From Octopus sinensis (lineage: Eukaryota): a stretch of 64,000 nt of DNA. Position 1 is the stretch's first letter, and every line of letters begins with the position of its first letter. Positions 13,378 through 26,856 of the stretch are shown piece by piece. The stretch covers positions 87,544,001 to 87,608,000 of the forward strand of contig NC_043006.1 of NCBI RefSeq assembly GCF_006345805.1, written 5' to 3'. The position numbers and the translations under genes were made by a program. The notes under the pieces were generated by a model. It had not been told where the DNA came from. It made no database searches and saw only the letters and a program-made list of their open reading frames with translations.

Positions 13378-13995
13378 ATGCCTAGAAGGAAAGTGTCAAA
13401 TTTGTTTACAATGTCAAGGTCAGCCAAAAGAATGTCTTGGTCCAGAGAAAGAGAGACAGTTGCAGAAAGGGAAGCATACCAAACAACGAACAGAATGTGC
13501 ACTACAAAAGCCAGAGCATCTCAAAGTGATGAACAAACATATGCACGGCTGACAAGGAATAGGGTCTCTACTGCAGAACGAAGAGCAGTTGCAGCAGCTC
13601 AGAGAAGCAACTTCTATGAAGCAGCTTTTAATTATGATCCAGGAGTTCATTATGCAAATGACACTAGAGTGTCCATTGGTGTAATGACCACTGAGTGCAT
13701 ACATTGTGAAGCAGGGTAGTGGCCAGTAGAAACACCTGCACTGTACTGCAATGGTGGAAAGGTTAAACTCCCTGCAATCCACCAGCCTTCAGAGCCATTG
13801 AAGAAGCTGTTGTCATCAACTGACTAAGATTCCAAGCACTTCCAAAACAAAATTAGACAATACAACGCTGCACTACAGATGACATCATTTGGAGCCACAA
13901 GAGTTTTAACTGATCCAGAATTCATGCAAACTTTCAAGATCCAAGGTCAGATTTATCATCGGATTGGCTCTCTACTATCTCTGTCAAATAAATCA
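13378..13995 (+). mobile_element. Helitron Rep/helicase N-terminal fragment (pseudogenised)
   Basis: One frame with two stops (13717, 13825): MPRRK...CIHCEAG*WPVETPALYCNGGKVKLP...PSEPLKKLL...SKHFQNKIRQYNAALQMTSFGA...FKIQGQIYHRIGSLL, the typical Helitron pre-Rep region. Catalytic HUH and helicase domains are absent. Upstream 12830-12915 has short tandem tattgttttcact repeats, possibly the element 5' UTR. Confidence 0.85.
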
Positions 13996-14286
13996 CGAAA
14001 ATCAGTCTTTCATTGTTCATAATCTGTACCTGTTTTTTAGTTACGAAATACGCTACACAAAACGTGTTTTTGAATTACGTGTATTTACTTTATATACATA
14101 TATGAGTTGAAAACTTTCTTTTAGCATTTCACTTAACGTCTATGTTCCATGCTGGCATGGGTTGGAGAGTTATTAATGTAGAAAGTTTGTTTCTCAGTTA
14201 CTAGTTGTTGAGACCTGTGTAATCTAGATGGCGTTTTTAAATTTCATTATTCTCTTTAACCTGACCAACACTGGATATTTCTGCTA

Positions 14287-14344
<58 letters not shown>

Positions 14345-14352
14345 TATATATA

Positions 14353-14823
14353 GGGAGATAATTCACGGAAAAAAAAGACGAAGACAGGTGGTGTAGAAAA
14401 CAAACAGATGTATTAGTATAATGCTCAGGAATTGAAAAAGTCTTTAACATTTCGAGCCTACGCTCCTCTACAGAAAAGAACACAGAAAGATACAAGGAGA
14501 GAAAAAAAATGTGTGTAGTGGCTACCGATCTATTGTGGTGAATGCCAGACAGAAGGGTCACACAGGAGAGCTAAGAAGTTGGGGAGATAACAAAATAGTA
14601 GTGATCCCAAAACAAAGGTGCGCATGTGTGTAAGAGAGTACCTACGTGTGCGTGTGTGTAAGTGTAGGTATGAAAATGTGGGGATGGGATTAGTCAGTGC
14701 TGGTGTGTGCGTGGTGGTGTGTTGTGATGTGATGTGTTGTGTTGTATGGTGTAGTGTGGTGGTGTGTGATGGCGTTGGGAGGTGGGGGAGGCGAGAGTGG
14801 GGAAAGCACAGGTAGGGAAAGCA

Positions 14824-14825
<2 letters not shown>
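14353..14825 (-). mobile_element. Probable Penelope-like 3' UTR fragment, bounded by (TA)n tracts
   Basis: The minus strand is a C/T-rich UTR ending in a hammerhead-like motif (ctgtagag GAGC gtag GCTC gaaa). No coding remnant is visible, so the family assignment is inference. Confidence 0.5.
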
Positions 14826-14862
<37 letters not shown>

Positions 14863-15489
14863 TGCTGGGCCCTCTGTCAAATTTCCTCCCTCCTTAAAAC
14901 ACCCATCACCATCATCCATCACTTGCTTAACTGCAGTTCTTTGATATTACTTTCTTTGCTACCTAAAACCATGTCAGTTATCCATGGTCATCTATTAATA
15001 CTGATTACCACCAGTACTCTCTTTGATAACCACCCCTCCCCACTGTACCACCAAATAATCACTCTTTTCCACCACTAATATATCTCACCCTCCTCAAATA
15101 CTGTGCCTAACCTTCCCCATTCTACCACTTCAAGCTACCCAATGTCATGTCATTTCACTTTCATCCCCTTCCCTGTTTACTATATCATCATTTCTGTTCT
15201 GCAATCATCAGATATCCCCACCTCCAACCATTCACTCCTGACACTCCTGCCCCACCATTACTACCCACTTCACACTTTTAAGATCCACCCTGACACATCA
15301 CCACTTATACCACTTTCTAACTCTATTCCCACCCACTTCTAAAATGTGAGTAGTCATGTCACTTTTCTTCAGCAAGAAACCCATTCTACTCTGGCTCTTT
15401 CTCTCGTACCTCACCTGTCTCTACCCCTTATTTTCCCTCCCTGTTTGGGGTTCATAGTCCAGTAAGCTGCATAGCAAGCTCACTTGTGC

Positions 15490-15660
15490 TGACAACACGT
15501 GAAAATCAACCTGTATGTGCTGTAAAGTGGTTGGCATTAGGGAGGGCATCCAGCCATAGAAACCATGCTAAACAAACACTGGAGCTCAATGCAGCTCTTG
15601 GGCCCGTTGTATCTTGTCGAGCCATCCTACCCATGTCAGAATAGAACACATATACTAAAT
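15490..15660 (+). mobile_element. RTE 3'-tail fragment
   Basis: gtaaagtggttggcattagggagggcatccagccatagaaacc...cccatg...atgataatga. Confidence 0.65.
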
Positions 15661-16382
15661 AATGATGATAATGAGGGTGATGATATAAGGATAAATACAA
15701 CTTCATATTATAATTCCTACATGCATTTCACCATCATGATTGCTTGGAACCCAGCAATAGGTGCCCCAAGTGCATTTAAATGCCCAACCACACCAGATCA
15801 TCAGGGAACAGTTTACTGCATTCACTTACACATCATTATGTCCATAATTATATATTTATAACATGCTTCCATACAGACTCTGTCTATCATTTCTACTCAC
15901 TCAACATTGGTCAGCCTGAGATTATAGAAGACATTTTTACTGTGCAATTCCAGGTGCTGCATGGGGAAATGAACCCCAGACCACATGGTTATCAAGTGAA
16001 CTTCATAACTACACAGTCACAACTATAACCATGCCAATAAGTGGAACAAATTTAGTTTGAGTTAAAATAAATGGCCATATATCAAACTGTTATCTTAAAG
16101 GTATATAGATATGTTAAAATATGTCACCTGGTGATACACAAAAAAGAAATCAAGTTGAATGAATGCAGAGTAAATAAATCAAAGAAACAAACATGATGTT
16201 AATATTCTGATTCATTATTAGTTGATAATTAATAATATTTTTGAGATATGTCAGGAGAAAGTTAGCTGACGTTATTATTATGTAAAGCAATATATGCAAT
16301 TGATAGATCTGATCCACATAAGCAGTAAGAAAGACAAAACTACATGTATACGTACATACATATGTACATATGTATGTAGGTA

Positions 16383-16467
<85 letters not shown>

Positions 16468-18432
16468 ATAGGTCAAATCTTTATTTGCTACATTTTTCAG
16501 GAAATTAAGAAACATCTTACAGGAAATTGGTAAATAGAAAGATGGATTACAAAAGTCTTATGACCAAATCAGGATAATTAAATAAATGCTAAATGAAAAC
16601 TAGCAATGTGACCAATGTGCTGTTACTGATTAGAAATTGCAATTATTAACACATTAACAACCAACTCCAAAATGGTTCATTACTGCAACATGAAAACAGA
16701 GACATGTAAATTGATAGCCTTTGGTATTTGTTGTCCATCGGGAGTTCATTTGGAATCCATTAGCTCAGTTTGAGCACTTTGCCATTTGACACAAATAAAG
16801 ACAAATGGGCTGATTGTTTATATCAAAATGAATGTTTCTGTAATCTTTACAATAATTAGTTTGTAGCTTTAAGTTTGATGTTTAACCATTCTTTCCTTTG
16901 TGTGTTCCATCAGTTAATACAACATTTTGCAAACAATATTCACCACGCAATCATTTAGCTTAGCTTGGCAGTCTATCGTCCGCAAATACTTCACATACAT
17001 TCTCTGTAGCTCATATTGAATCTATCTCAAAACAAGCTCGTAAAAAACTAAATAAATATTGATAACAGTAATTTATGCAACCTTATATTTAAACTGTTTT
17101 ATCTGTTTCAACAAATCACATTTACTTGTCATCATCTCCTTCCATGTATTTCGTTCTTAATAATTTTACCAACAGATAAACGCTATTTACTTTAAGTTAT
17201 GTATATAATTTCTATAAAGATATTCATTGGCTATTTTATACACACACACATGTATACATACACACAGACAGACACATTCATGTATGTGTCTGTGTTGACA
17301 TTCAAGTATGTACGAATACATAATTTATGAATAAAACAAAAGCTTCTTAAAAGAAGTGAACTTTGAGATGTTAAGTGAAGAACAGAGCTAAAATAGTCCA
17401 AACAAGATCAGTAAACATATAACCAGTGTTTTTATTACTACTAATTACATTCTATGAAAAGCCAAATTATGTTTTGGTAGGTGAGTGAATGTGGAGAAAG
17501 ACAAAGGGGGGTATGTAGAGACAGTCTGCATAGAGTGGAAGACAAAAAGAATATTCATTAATACAAGAACAAAATATCAAAGTGAGAGGTGTACAGACAG
17601 AAAACAAAGACAGCAAAGAGTACAAGAGGCAAAAAGAACAAGTAACAAAAAGAAAGAGAGAAAAAGAATTTAATTTCTTGAGGAAAGGTCTAGTAATATG
17701 GCACGAAATTCTGATGGCTAACAACTATGTACCCAAAGTGTAGAGAAATAGGGACTCCCTTGAAAGCAGAAGTTTGTCAAACATCAGAAAGTTGTTAATT
17801 GACAGAAGAATTGCTGATGGAACAGATAATGAAATGCCTTAAACTATTGTTGTAGGTATGAATTTGCTGCTGCTGCTGATGATGATGATGATAATGACAA
17901 GTTTGAGGCAGCTAATGATGCTCAAGCAATGTGTATGTATGCATGTGCATATGTATGCGAATGGGGATGTAGTAATATTAGAATGTGCTTATTGTACATA
18001 GTGCTAAAGTGTACAGATTAATGTTATTTCATATGTATATGAAATCTTGTTGCCTCTTTTACAGAATTTTGCACATATAGACACAGACATGTCTGTATTG
18101 CAAGAAGCTTGATTCCCAATCACATGGTTTCGGGTTCAGCCTCAATGCATGGCCCCTTGGAAAAGTGTTGTCTACTGTAGCCACTGGCTGACCAAAGCCC
18201 TGTAAGTGGATTTGGTAGACAGAAACTGAAAAAACTCAACCATATGTGTGTGTGTGTAACTATATATATATATATATATGTATATTATAATATATATATA
18301 TAAATATATATAAATATATATAAATATATATATAAATATATATAAATATATATATAAATATATATATAAATATAGATATATATATATATAAATATATATA
18401 GATATATATATAATATATATATATAAATATAT

Positions 18433-19658
18433 AAGAAAATAGTAAAGTGTGAAAAAACGACAGAAGGCTTAAATGTTAAAAATATATGTATTTGTGTCAA
18501 AATGTCTGGAGATATTGGAAAAATTTTTTTTTCCCTTTCCTTAAAATGACATAATTAAAATTTTTAAAGAAATTACCGGTTTCGCGTGTAGCTTCAAAAT
18601 TTCTTGTGACGTTATGTTTATATTGCATGGAATATCGTTGTTTTTATTTCCAGGAGGATTCTACAATAAGGGGAATGGTAGTAGTGAGTGATTTTGTCCG
18701 GTGTAGGGGAGATAATCGCTTAAAAATTTTTTTCCCTTTCCTTGTTAATTTCTCTGTGTCAGTATGTTCGGAGGGTTGAGTCTGGTTTGTACTTTTCAAT
18801 GAAGAATGTTTCCTTGTTCAGTCTCATTTGTGTTGATGATCCGAAAGCACATTGTAAAGTGGGAAGATTAAAAATTGTGGCAGTAGTTGCTTGCGCATTC
18901 TCAATGTGCTCACTAAAAAGGTATCATTCTATATTCTGGGAATGCAAATTGTTGTCGATGCAGTGTGCATCTGCGCCTGAGTGATAGTCGTGGGGAACCC
19001 ACGTAGTCTTGGTGGCAGCCCGAGCATATAATACATAAATTATGTTTTCAGAGGCACAAGTAAAGTTAGATTTGATCTTAAATTTCTGTCCCTCTTTAAA
19101 GAAGAATTCTGATCCTCCAATAGGTTAGGACATGTTGCACAGTTCGATCTACCACACATTTTTTTACTTTTGCATCGTAATTTTAGAAGACAATTTTGCC
19201 TTTGTGAGATTCTTTTAAGTGATTTAGTGCTGTTTGTAGCTTTTAATGATTTGGTGTATGTTAGAATTTCCTTAATTTTGGGTTTTTATGAAGTATTGGT
19301 AAATTCTGGGTGATGATGGTGAAGGCTTCTTGTTTCTGGGGTTGTATGTAGATATGTAAGGTAGTATTTTCGGGGAAGGTGTGTTGTTGTGTTGAACTTT
19401 TCTTAAAGTTTCTATGTTGATTTCTGTTGCACGTCTGATCCATCCTCTATGAGTTGAGCTGGGTAATGTCTGTCAATTAGGGTGTTTGAGTTCTGCAGTC
19501 TAAAGTCCTGGTATTTGTTCTGACACTATTGTGCATATCCTTCTTGCAAGGTTGAAGGGGATGTTTGTTAGTGTGTCTTGGGTGGCATGAATTAAAAAGA
19601 AGGTATGTTTGGCGTCTGTGGCTTTGTAAAAAATGTCTGTTTCTATTTTAAGGTTCAC
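18433..19658 (-). mobile_element. Penelope-like retroelement fragment: RT C-terminus, GIY-YIG endonuclease and 3' UTR
   Basis: With frameshifts, the minus strand gives KIETDIFYKATDAK...NSCHP...NIPFNLARRICTIVSE, then KKCGRSNCATCP...KFKIKSNFTCASENIIYVL...RLNKETFFIEKYKPDLN. The CxxxxCxxC linker followed by GIY-YIG is characteristic of PLEs. Confidence 0.85.
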
Positions 19659-20866
19659 TATATATATATTATATTATATATCATAATATATATATATATA
19701 TCTATATATATATATCTATATTATATAATATATTATATATATATATATATATTCTATATATAGATCTATATATTAAATATATTATATATAATATATATAT
19801 ATAAATATATATAGTATATATATCTATATATATTATATATCTATATATATATATATATATCTATTATATAATATTATCTATATATATATTATATCTATAT
19901 ATATATATCTATCTATATATATCTATATATATATATATATATCTATATATATATATCTATATATATATATTATATATATATATATCTTATATATCTATAT
20001 CTATATATATATATATTATATCTATTATAATATATATAGCTATATATCTATATATATATCTATAATATATAATCTATATATATATATCTATATAGATATA
20101 TATATCTATAATATATAATATATATTAAATATATAATATGGATATATATATATATATATATTATATATCTATATATATATATCATATATATATATATTCA
20201 TATATATATTATCTATATATATATATATAGTATCTATATATATATAATCTATATCTCTATATATATTCTATATATATATAAATATATGTATATATATATC
20301 TATATCTATATATATATATCTATAATATATATATATATATATATATATAGGTATATATTATATATATATGTATATATATATATGTTATATATATATATAT
20401 GTATATATATATATGTATAGATATTATCTATATTATATGTATATATATATATGTATATACTTATATATAATATGTATATATATATATGTATATATATATA
20501 TCTATATTATATATGTATCTATATATATATATATATATATATGATTATATATATGTATATATATATATATAATATGTATTATATATATAGTATATATTAT
20601 ATCTATATATATATGTATATATATAATAGATATATATATGTATATATAATATGTATATATATATATGTATATATATATATGTATATGTTATATATATGTA
20701 TATATATATATCTATTATATATATGTATATATATAATATATATATATATGCATATATATATATGTATATAATATGTATATATATATATATGTATATATAT
20801 GTATTATATATATATATATATGTATATATAATATGTATATATATATATGTATATAATATATATATC

Positions 20867-20898
<32 letters not shown>

Positions 20899-21418
20899 TC
20901 TATATAATATGTATATATTATATGTATATATATATATATTGTATATATATGTCTATATATATATGTATATATATATATTATATATAATATATATATATCT
21001 ATATATGTATATTATATATATATATATATCTATATATATAATCTATATATGTATATATAGTATATATATATATATATATATATATCTATATATATATGTA
21101 TATATATATATATATAATATATATAGATATCTATATATATATATATAGATCTATATATATATATAGATATAATCTATATATATATCATATATATATATCT
21201 ATATATAATCTATATTATATAATCTATATATATATATATATATCGATATATAATATATCTATATATATATATAGAATATATATATATATATTTATATTTA
21301 TATATATATCGATATATATATATATCTATATATAATATAGCTATATATATATATATCTATATATATATATAGATATTATGATATATATAATATATATATA
21401 ACTATATATATATGTATA

Positions 21419-21458
<40 letters not shown>

Positions 21459-21571
21459 ATATATATGTATATCTATATATATATGTATATCTATATATAT
21501 ATATCTATATATAACTATATATATATGTATATCTACTATATATTCTATATATAACTATATATATATGTATA

Positions 21572-21613
<42 letters not shown>

Positions 21614-21716
21614 TATATATAGATATATCTATATATATATGTATATCTATATATATATGTATATCTATATATATATATGTATATCTATATATATATATCT
21701 ATATATATAATATATA

Positions 21717-21755
<39 letters not shown>

Positions 21756-21772
21756 ATATATATCTGTATATC

Positions 21773-21836
<64 letters not shown>

Positions 21837-22046
21837 CTATATATTATATGTATATATCTATATATATATGTATATCTATATATATATGTATATCTATATA
21901 TATATATATATATATATAATATATGTATATCTATATATATATGTATATCTATATATATATGTATATATATATATATAATATATATATATATATATTATAT
22001 ATATATATATTATATATATATGAATATAATCTATATATATAGTATA

Positions 22047-22083
<37 letters not shown>

Positions 22084-22523
22084 ATATATATATATGTATA
22101 TCTATATATATATGTATATCTATATATATATATGTATATCTATATATATATGTATATCTATATATATATGTATATCTATATATATATATGTATATCTATA
22201 TATATATGTATATCTATATATATGTATATCTATATATATATATCTATATATATATGTATATCTATATATATATATCTATATATATATGTATATCTATATA
22301 TATATGTATATCTATATATATATATCTATATATATATGTATATCTATATATATATATGTATATATATATATTATATATATGTATATATATATAGTGTATA
22401 TATATATATATAGTATATATATATATATGAGATATATATATATATATATATGTATATATTATGTATATGTATATATATATATATAATAATATATATATGT
22501 ATATATATATTATAATATATATG

Positions 22524-22554
<31 letters not shown>

Positions 22555-22649
22555 TAGATATATATTATATGTATATATAATATATATATGTATATATATA
22601 TATATATATATGGTATATATATATAATATATATATATTATATATATATA

Positions 22650-22696
<47 letters not shown>

Positions 22697-22740
22697 ATAT
22701 ATAATATATATGTATATATATGTATATATATGTATATATA
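19659..22740. repeat. ~3.1-kb (TA)n-derived low-complexity tract with (atatatatgtatatct)-type subperiodicity
   Basis: Seen directly. It accounts for all the Y/I-rich ORFs here. Confidence 0.95.
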
Positions 22741-22741
22741 T

Positions 22742-23504
22742 GACCTGGGCATTGACATGAGCAATGATGCATCTTTCCAAATGCATATTGCTAATCTGGT
22801 GATGAAATGCGGACGGCTAGCTGGATGGATCTCCGAACTTTCAGAACAAGAGAGAGGAGACACTGATGGTCCTATGGAAAACATTTGTCCTCAGCCGCTT
22901 GGACTACTGCTCCCAACTTTGGTCACCACACAATATAAACAAACAGCAAAACTCGAAGCAACTCAGAGAAGCTACACAAAGAAATCGTCTCAATGCAAAA
23001 TGTCAGCTACTGGGAAGAATGAAGTTATTAAACCTCTTCTCCCTGGAGCGGAGGCGGGAGAGATATGCAGTGATATACATCTGGAAAATCCTGGAGGGTC
23101 TTGTCCCAAACTTTGGCATTCAAAGTTACTCCAACCGCAGAACGGGGCGCCGCTGCGTGGTGCCAAGGATTCCAAACATCACATCAAAATACGGGTCCAG
23201 ATACTGCAACAGCTTGGGTTTCAGAGGACCACAGCTCTTTAACATCCTCCCTAAATGCCTGAGAGACTTACATGGTGTGGATGTGGGTTTCTTTAAAACT
23301 AAACTGGATTCTCTTCTTGGGAGTCCCAGATGAACCTACCTCACGACAGGAGACACGGATGCGGGCAGCAGCATCGAACTCCCTTGTTGATCAAGTGCCA
23401 CGTATCAGAGGTGGATTCACAAACTAGTGTAGCTCATTCAGCGGTGGTGCCCCAGCATGGCCCGCGGCCTTCGGCTAAAAACATTTTTAAGGATTTAAGG
23501 ATTT
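22742..23504 (+). mobile_element. CR1/L2-group LINE, 5'-truncated 3' end (RT C-terminus and 3' UTR)
   Basis: DLGIDMSNDASFQMHI...LMVLWKTFVLSRLDYCSQLWSP...FSLERRRERYAVIYIWKILEGLVPN...SLGFRGPQLFNILP, with single-base frameshifts. The tail ends in (aaggattt)n and the element is flanked by (TA)n. Confidence 0.85.
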
Positions 23505-23505
23505 A

Positions 23506-23556
<51 letters not shown>

Positions 23557-23696
23557 CATTATAATATATATATATATTACATATATATATATATTATATA
23601 TATAAAAATATTATTGAGATAAAAACCACTATTTTGCAAAACAAACAAGGAAAGACTCAATCAATACATAAAATTTAATAAATAGTCAAAAAAACC

Positions 23697-23740
23697 GCCA
23701 CTACAATCGTTTTGTCTTGATCGACAATCTTCAGGTGAAC
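23697..23740 (-). ncRNA. Mirror-copy hammerhead ribozyme, one core base missing
   Basis: The minus strand reads uucac-CUGAAGA-UUGUC-gaucaa-GACAA-AAC-gauu-GUA-GUGGC. The G of GAAAC is absent (mutation or consensus error). Confidence 0.55.
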
Positions 23741-25779
23741 TTCCAATCTAAAAAATCAAAATTTTAAAATATAAAATAATACTTTTAAATAATTAAAGTA
23801 TAAATGAAAAAATAAAGTATATAATCCATATATAACCTATATATAATCCATATCGAAATATAGACTAATTACCACGAATTCCCTAAAAAAACCATGATAA
23901 AACAAAATCTTAAAACATATAACGATAAAATCTCCCTTTGCTAAACTCTATAACAAACCTATAAAGTAAACCCCCTAACCTAAACATTAACACAACAAAA
24001 TACACACACGTAAACCACAGACTCACGACTATACACATACCTATACTAACTTATAAACCTCAATATACACCAAAACCCACTCCCTCCCCACACAGACAAA
24101 TTAACACATACATCCCAAAACCTAAATAACAAACCCATATACACATTCACACACAAAACACACACTCTCACACGCAAAACACTCACACACAAAAGATACA
24201 TATACTCTCTCACATATACGCCTATACATACTCACTAAACTCGACATATACAACAATACTTACACACGGCGTATATGTGAGAGAGTATATGTATCTTTTG
24301 TGTGTGAGTGTTTTGCGTGTGAGTGTGTGTTTTGTGTGTGAATGTGTATATGGGTTTGTTATTTAGGTTTTGGGATGTATGTGTTAATTTGTCTGTGTGG
24401 GGAGGGAGTGGGTTTTGGTGTATATTGAGGTTTATAAGTTAGTATAGGTATGTGTATAAGTCGTGAGTCTGTGGTTTATTGTAAGTATGTATTTGATTTA
24501 TCCTTATGTCATAATGTTATTTTTGATATTCTGGTTAATTACGATGTATTTATTGTTGTTTTCATAAGAGTGTTTATGTATATGAGATTTGGTGAGGTTT
24601 TAATTGTATAATTAATTTATTTATCTGTATGAGTGTGGGTGTAAATATTGTTGTATATTCGAGTTTTTTAGTGAGTATGTATATGCGTATATGTGAGGGA
24701 GCAGATGTATCTGTTGGGTGTGTGTGTTTTGTCGTTGTGTGTGTGTTTTGTGTGTGAATGGTATTTGGGTTTGTTATTTAGGATTTGGGATGTATGTGTT
24801 AATTTGTCTGTGTGGGGATGGAGTGGTTTTTGTGTATATTGAGGTTTATAAGTTAGTATAGTTTGTGGTATAAGTCTTGGGTCTGTGTTTTACGTGTGGT
24901 TTTTTGTGTGTGATGTTTAGGTTAGGGGGATTGCTATATAAGTTGTTATAGGGTTTAGCAAAGGGAGATTTTATCGTTATATGCTTTATGAGTTTTGGTT
25001 ATCATGGGTTTTTAGGTAATTCGTGGTATTTTGTCTATTTTAGGTGTTGGTTATTTTTTTACATGTTTAATTCACTCCCATAATTTTTGAGTGGTGTTCG
25101 TTTTGCACGTGAATAACGGTGGTGGACTAGCGTTGCTTGGAATGTGAATGGAATAGTGTAGTAGTGAGGTAGGCATAGAGAATGGGATTGGGTTACTGCA
25201 AGTTGTTTGTTAGAGATGCTAAGGTGAGTTAAAGCTCATAAATGTATATAATGTTTTTTGTGGGTGTGTAAGTATTGTTTGTATATGTCGAGTTTAGTGA
25301 GTATGTATAGGGTATATGTGAGGGGTATATGTATCTTTTGTGTGAGTGAGTGTTTTGCGTGTGAGTGTGTGTTTTGTGTGTGAATGTGTATATGGGTTGT
25401 TATTTAGGTTTTGGGATGTATGTGTTAATTTGTCTGTGTGGGGAGGGAGTGGTTTTGGTGTATATGAGGTTATAAGTTAGTATAGGTATGTGTATAAGTC
25501 GTGAGTCTGTGGTTACGTGTGTGTATTTGTGTGTGAATGTTTAGGTTAGGGGGTTTACTTATAGGTTTGTTATAGAGTTTAGAAAGGGAGATTTTATCGT
25601 TATATGTTTTTAAGAGTTTGTTTATCAGGTTTTTTTTAGGGAATTCGTGGTAATAGTCTATATTTTCGATATATGGATTATATATAGGTATATATGGATT
25701 ATATACTTATATTTTTCATTTATACTTTAATTTTAAAGTATTATTTTTTATATTTTAAAATTTGATTTTTAGATTGGAA

Positions 25780-25823
25780 GTCACCTGAAGATTGTCAATC
25801 AGACAAGAAACGATTGTAGTGGC
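25780..25823 (+). ncRNA. Minimal type-I hammerhead ribozyme
   Basis: GUCAC-CUGAAGA-UUGUC-aauca-GACAA-GAAAC-gauu-GUA/GUGGC. It has the full CUGANGA and GAAA core, 5-bp helix I, 5-bp helix II, and a short helix III closing on a GUA triplet. Predicted cut is after 25818. Confidence 0.8.
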
Positions 25824-25989
25824 GTTTTTTTGACTATTTTATTAAATTTTATATTGATAAGTCTTTCCTTGTTTGTTTTGCAAAATAGTGGTTTTATCTC
25901 AAATAATATTTTATAATATTTTACTATAAAATTGGATTTAATCCTAATCTGATTTTTTCCCTGTAAATTTGGATATATTCCCTAATATT

Positions 25990-26095
25990 TATTATTTATA
26001 TATATATATATATTACATATATATATATATATATATATATAAGATATAATATATATATATAACAATATCTATATATAATATATAACATATATATA

Positions 26096-26128
<33 letters not shown>

Positions 26129-26129
26129 C

Positions 26130-26170
<41 letters not shown>

Positions 26171-26432
26171 TACATATATATATATATACATATATACATA
26201 TATATATATATACATATATACATATATATATATAACATATATACATATATATTATATTATATCATTTACATATATATATATATATATATATATTACATAT
26301 ATAACATATATATATATATACATATATATTATATATATATCCATATATATAACATATATGATATATATATATAATATATATATTATATATACATATATAG
26401 AAAATCTATATATATATATACATAATATTTAC

Positions 26433-26463
<31 letters not shown>

Positions 26464-26655
26464 TATATACCTATATATATACATATTATTATTAAAAATA
26501 TTATAATTACATATATATTATATATAATACATATACAATATATATATATATATACATAATATATATATGATATACATATATACATATATAATACACTATA
26601 TATACATATATAAATCATATATATATATAATATATATTATAATATATATATACAT

Positions 26656-26689
<34 letters not shown>

Positions 26690-26822
26690 CTTATATATAT
26701 ATATACATATTATAACATATATATATATATATATACAATATATATATATATATATACATATGCCCCAGCATGGCCCACAGCTCATAAGCTGAAACTAGAA
26801 TCAATCAATCAATCATATATAT

Positions 26823-26856
<34 letters not shown>

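Larger units (their letters stand above)
23601..25915. mobile_element. Non-coding Penelope-like (pseudo-LTR-type) unit in inverted plus tandem arrangement
   Basis: 23601-24267 is the reverse complement of 25264-25915. 24268-24478 is the reverse complement of 24011-24222. A more diverged same-orientation copy lies at ~24625-25040. A hammerhead motif sits near both outer ends. Confidence 0.75.

Noticed and set aside
14860-15340. Pyrimidine-rich block possibly from an RTE linker or a PLE interior
   Set aside because: Only faint similarity and no translatable motif, so it was left unassigned.
20451-22884. Long Y/I/M/C-rich ORFs, and similar H/T- or V/C-rich ORFs at 9215-9977, 25996-26857 and 32151-33524
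   Set aside because: These are translations of (TA)n, (CA)n and (GA)n microsatellites that lack stop codons by construction.
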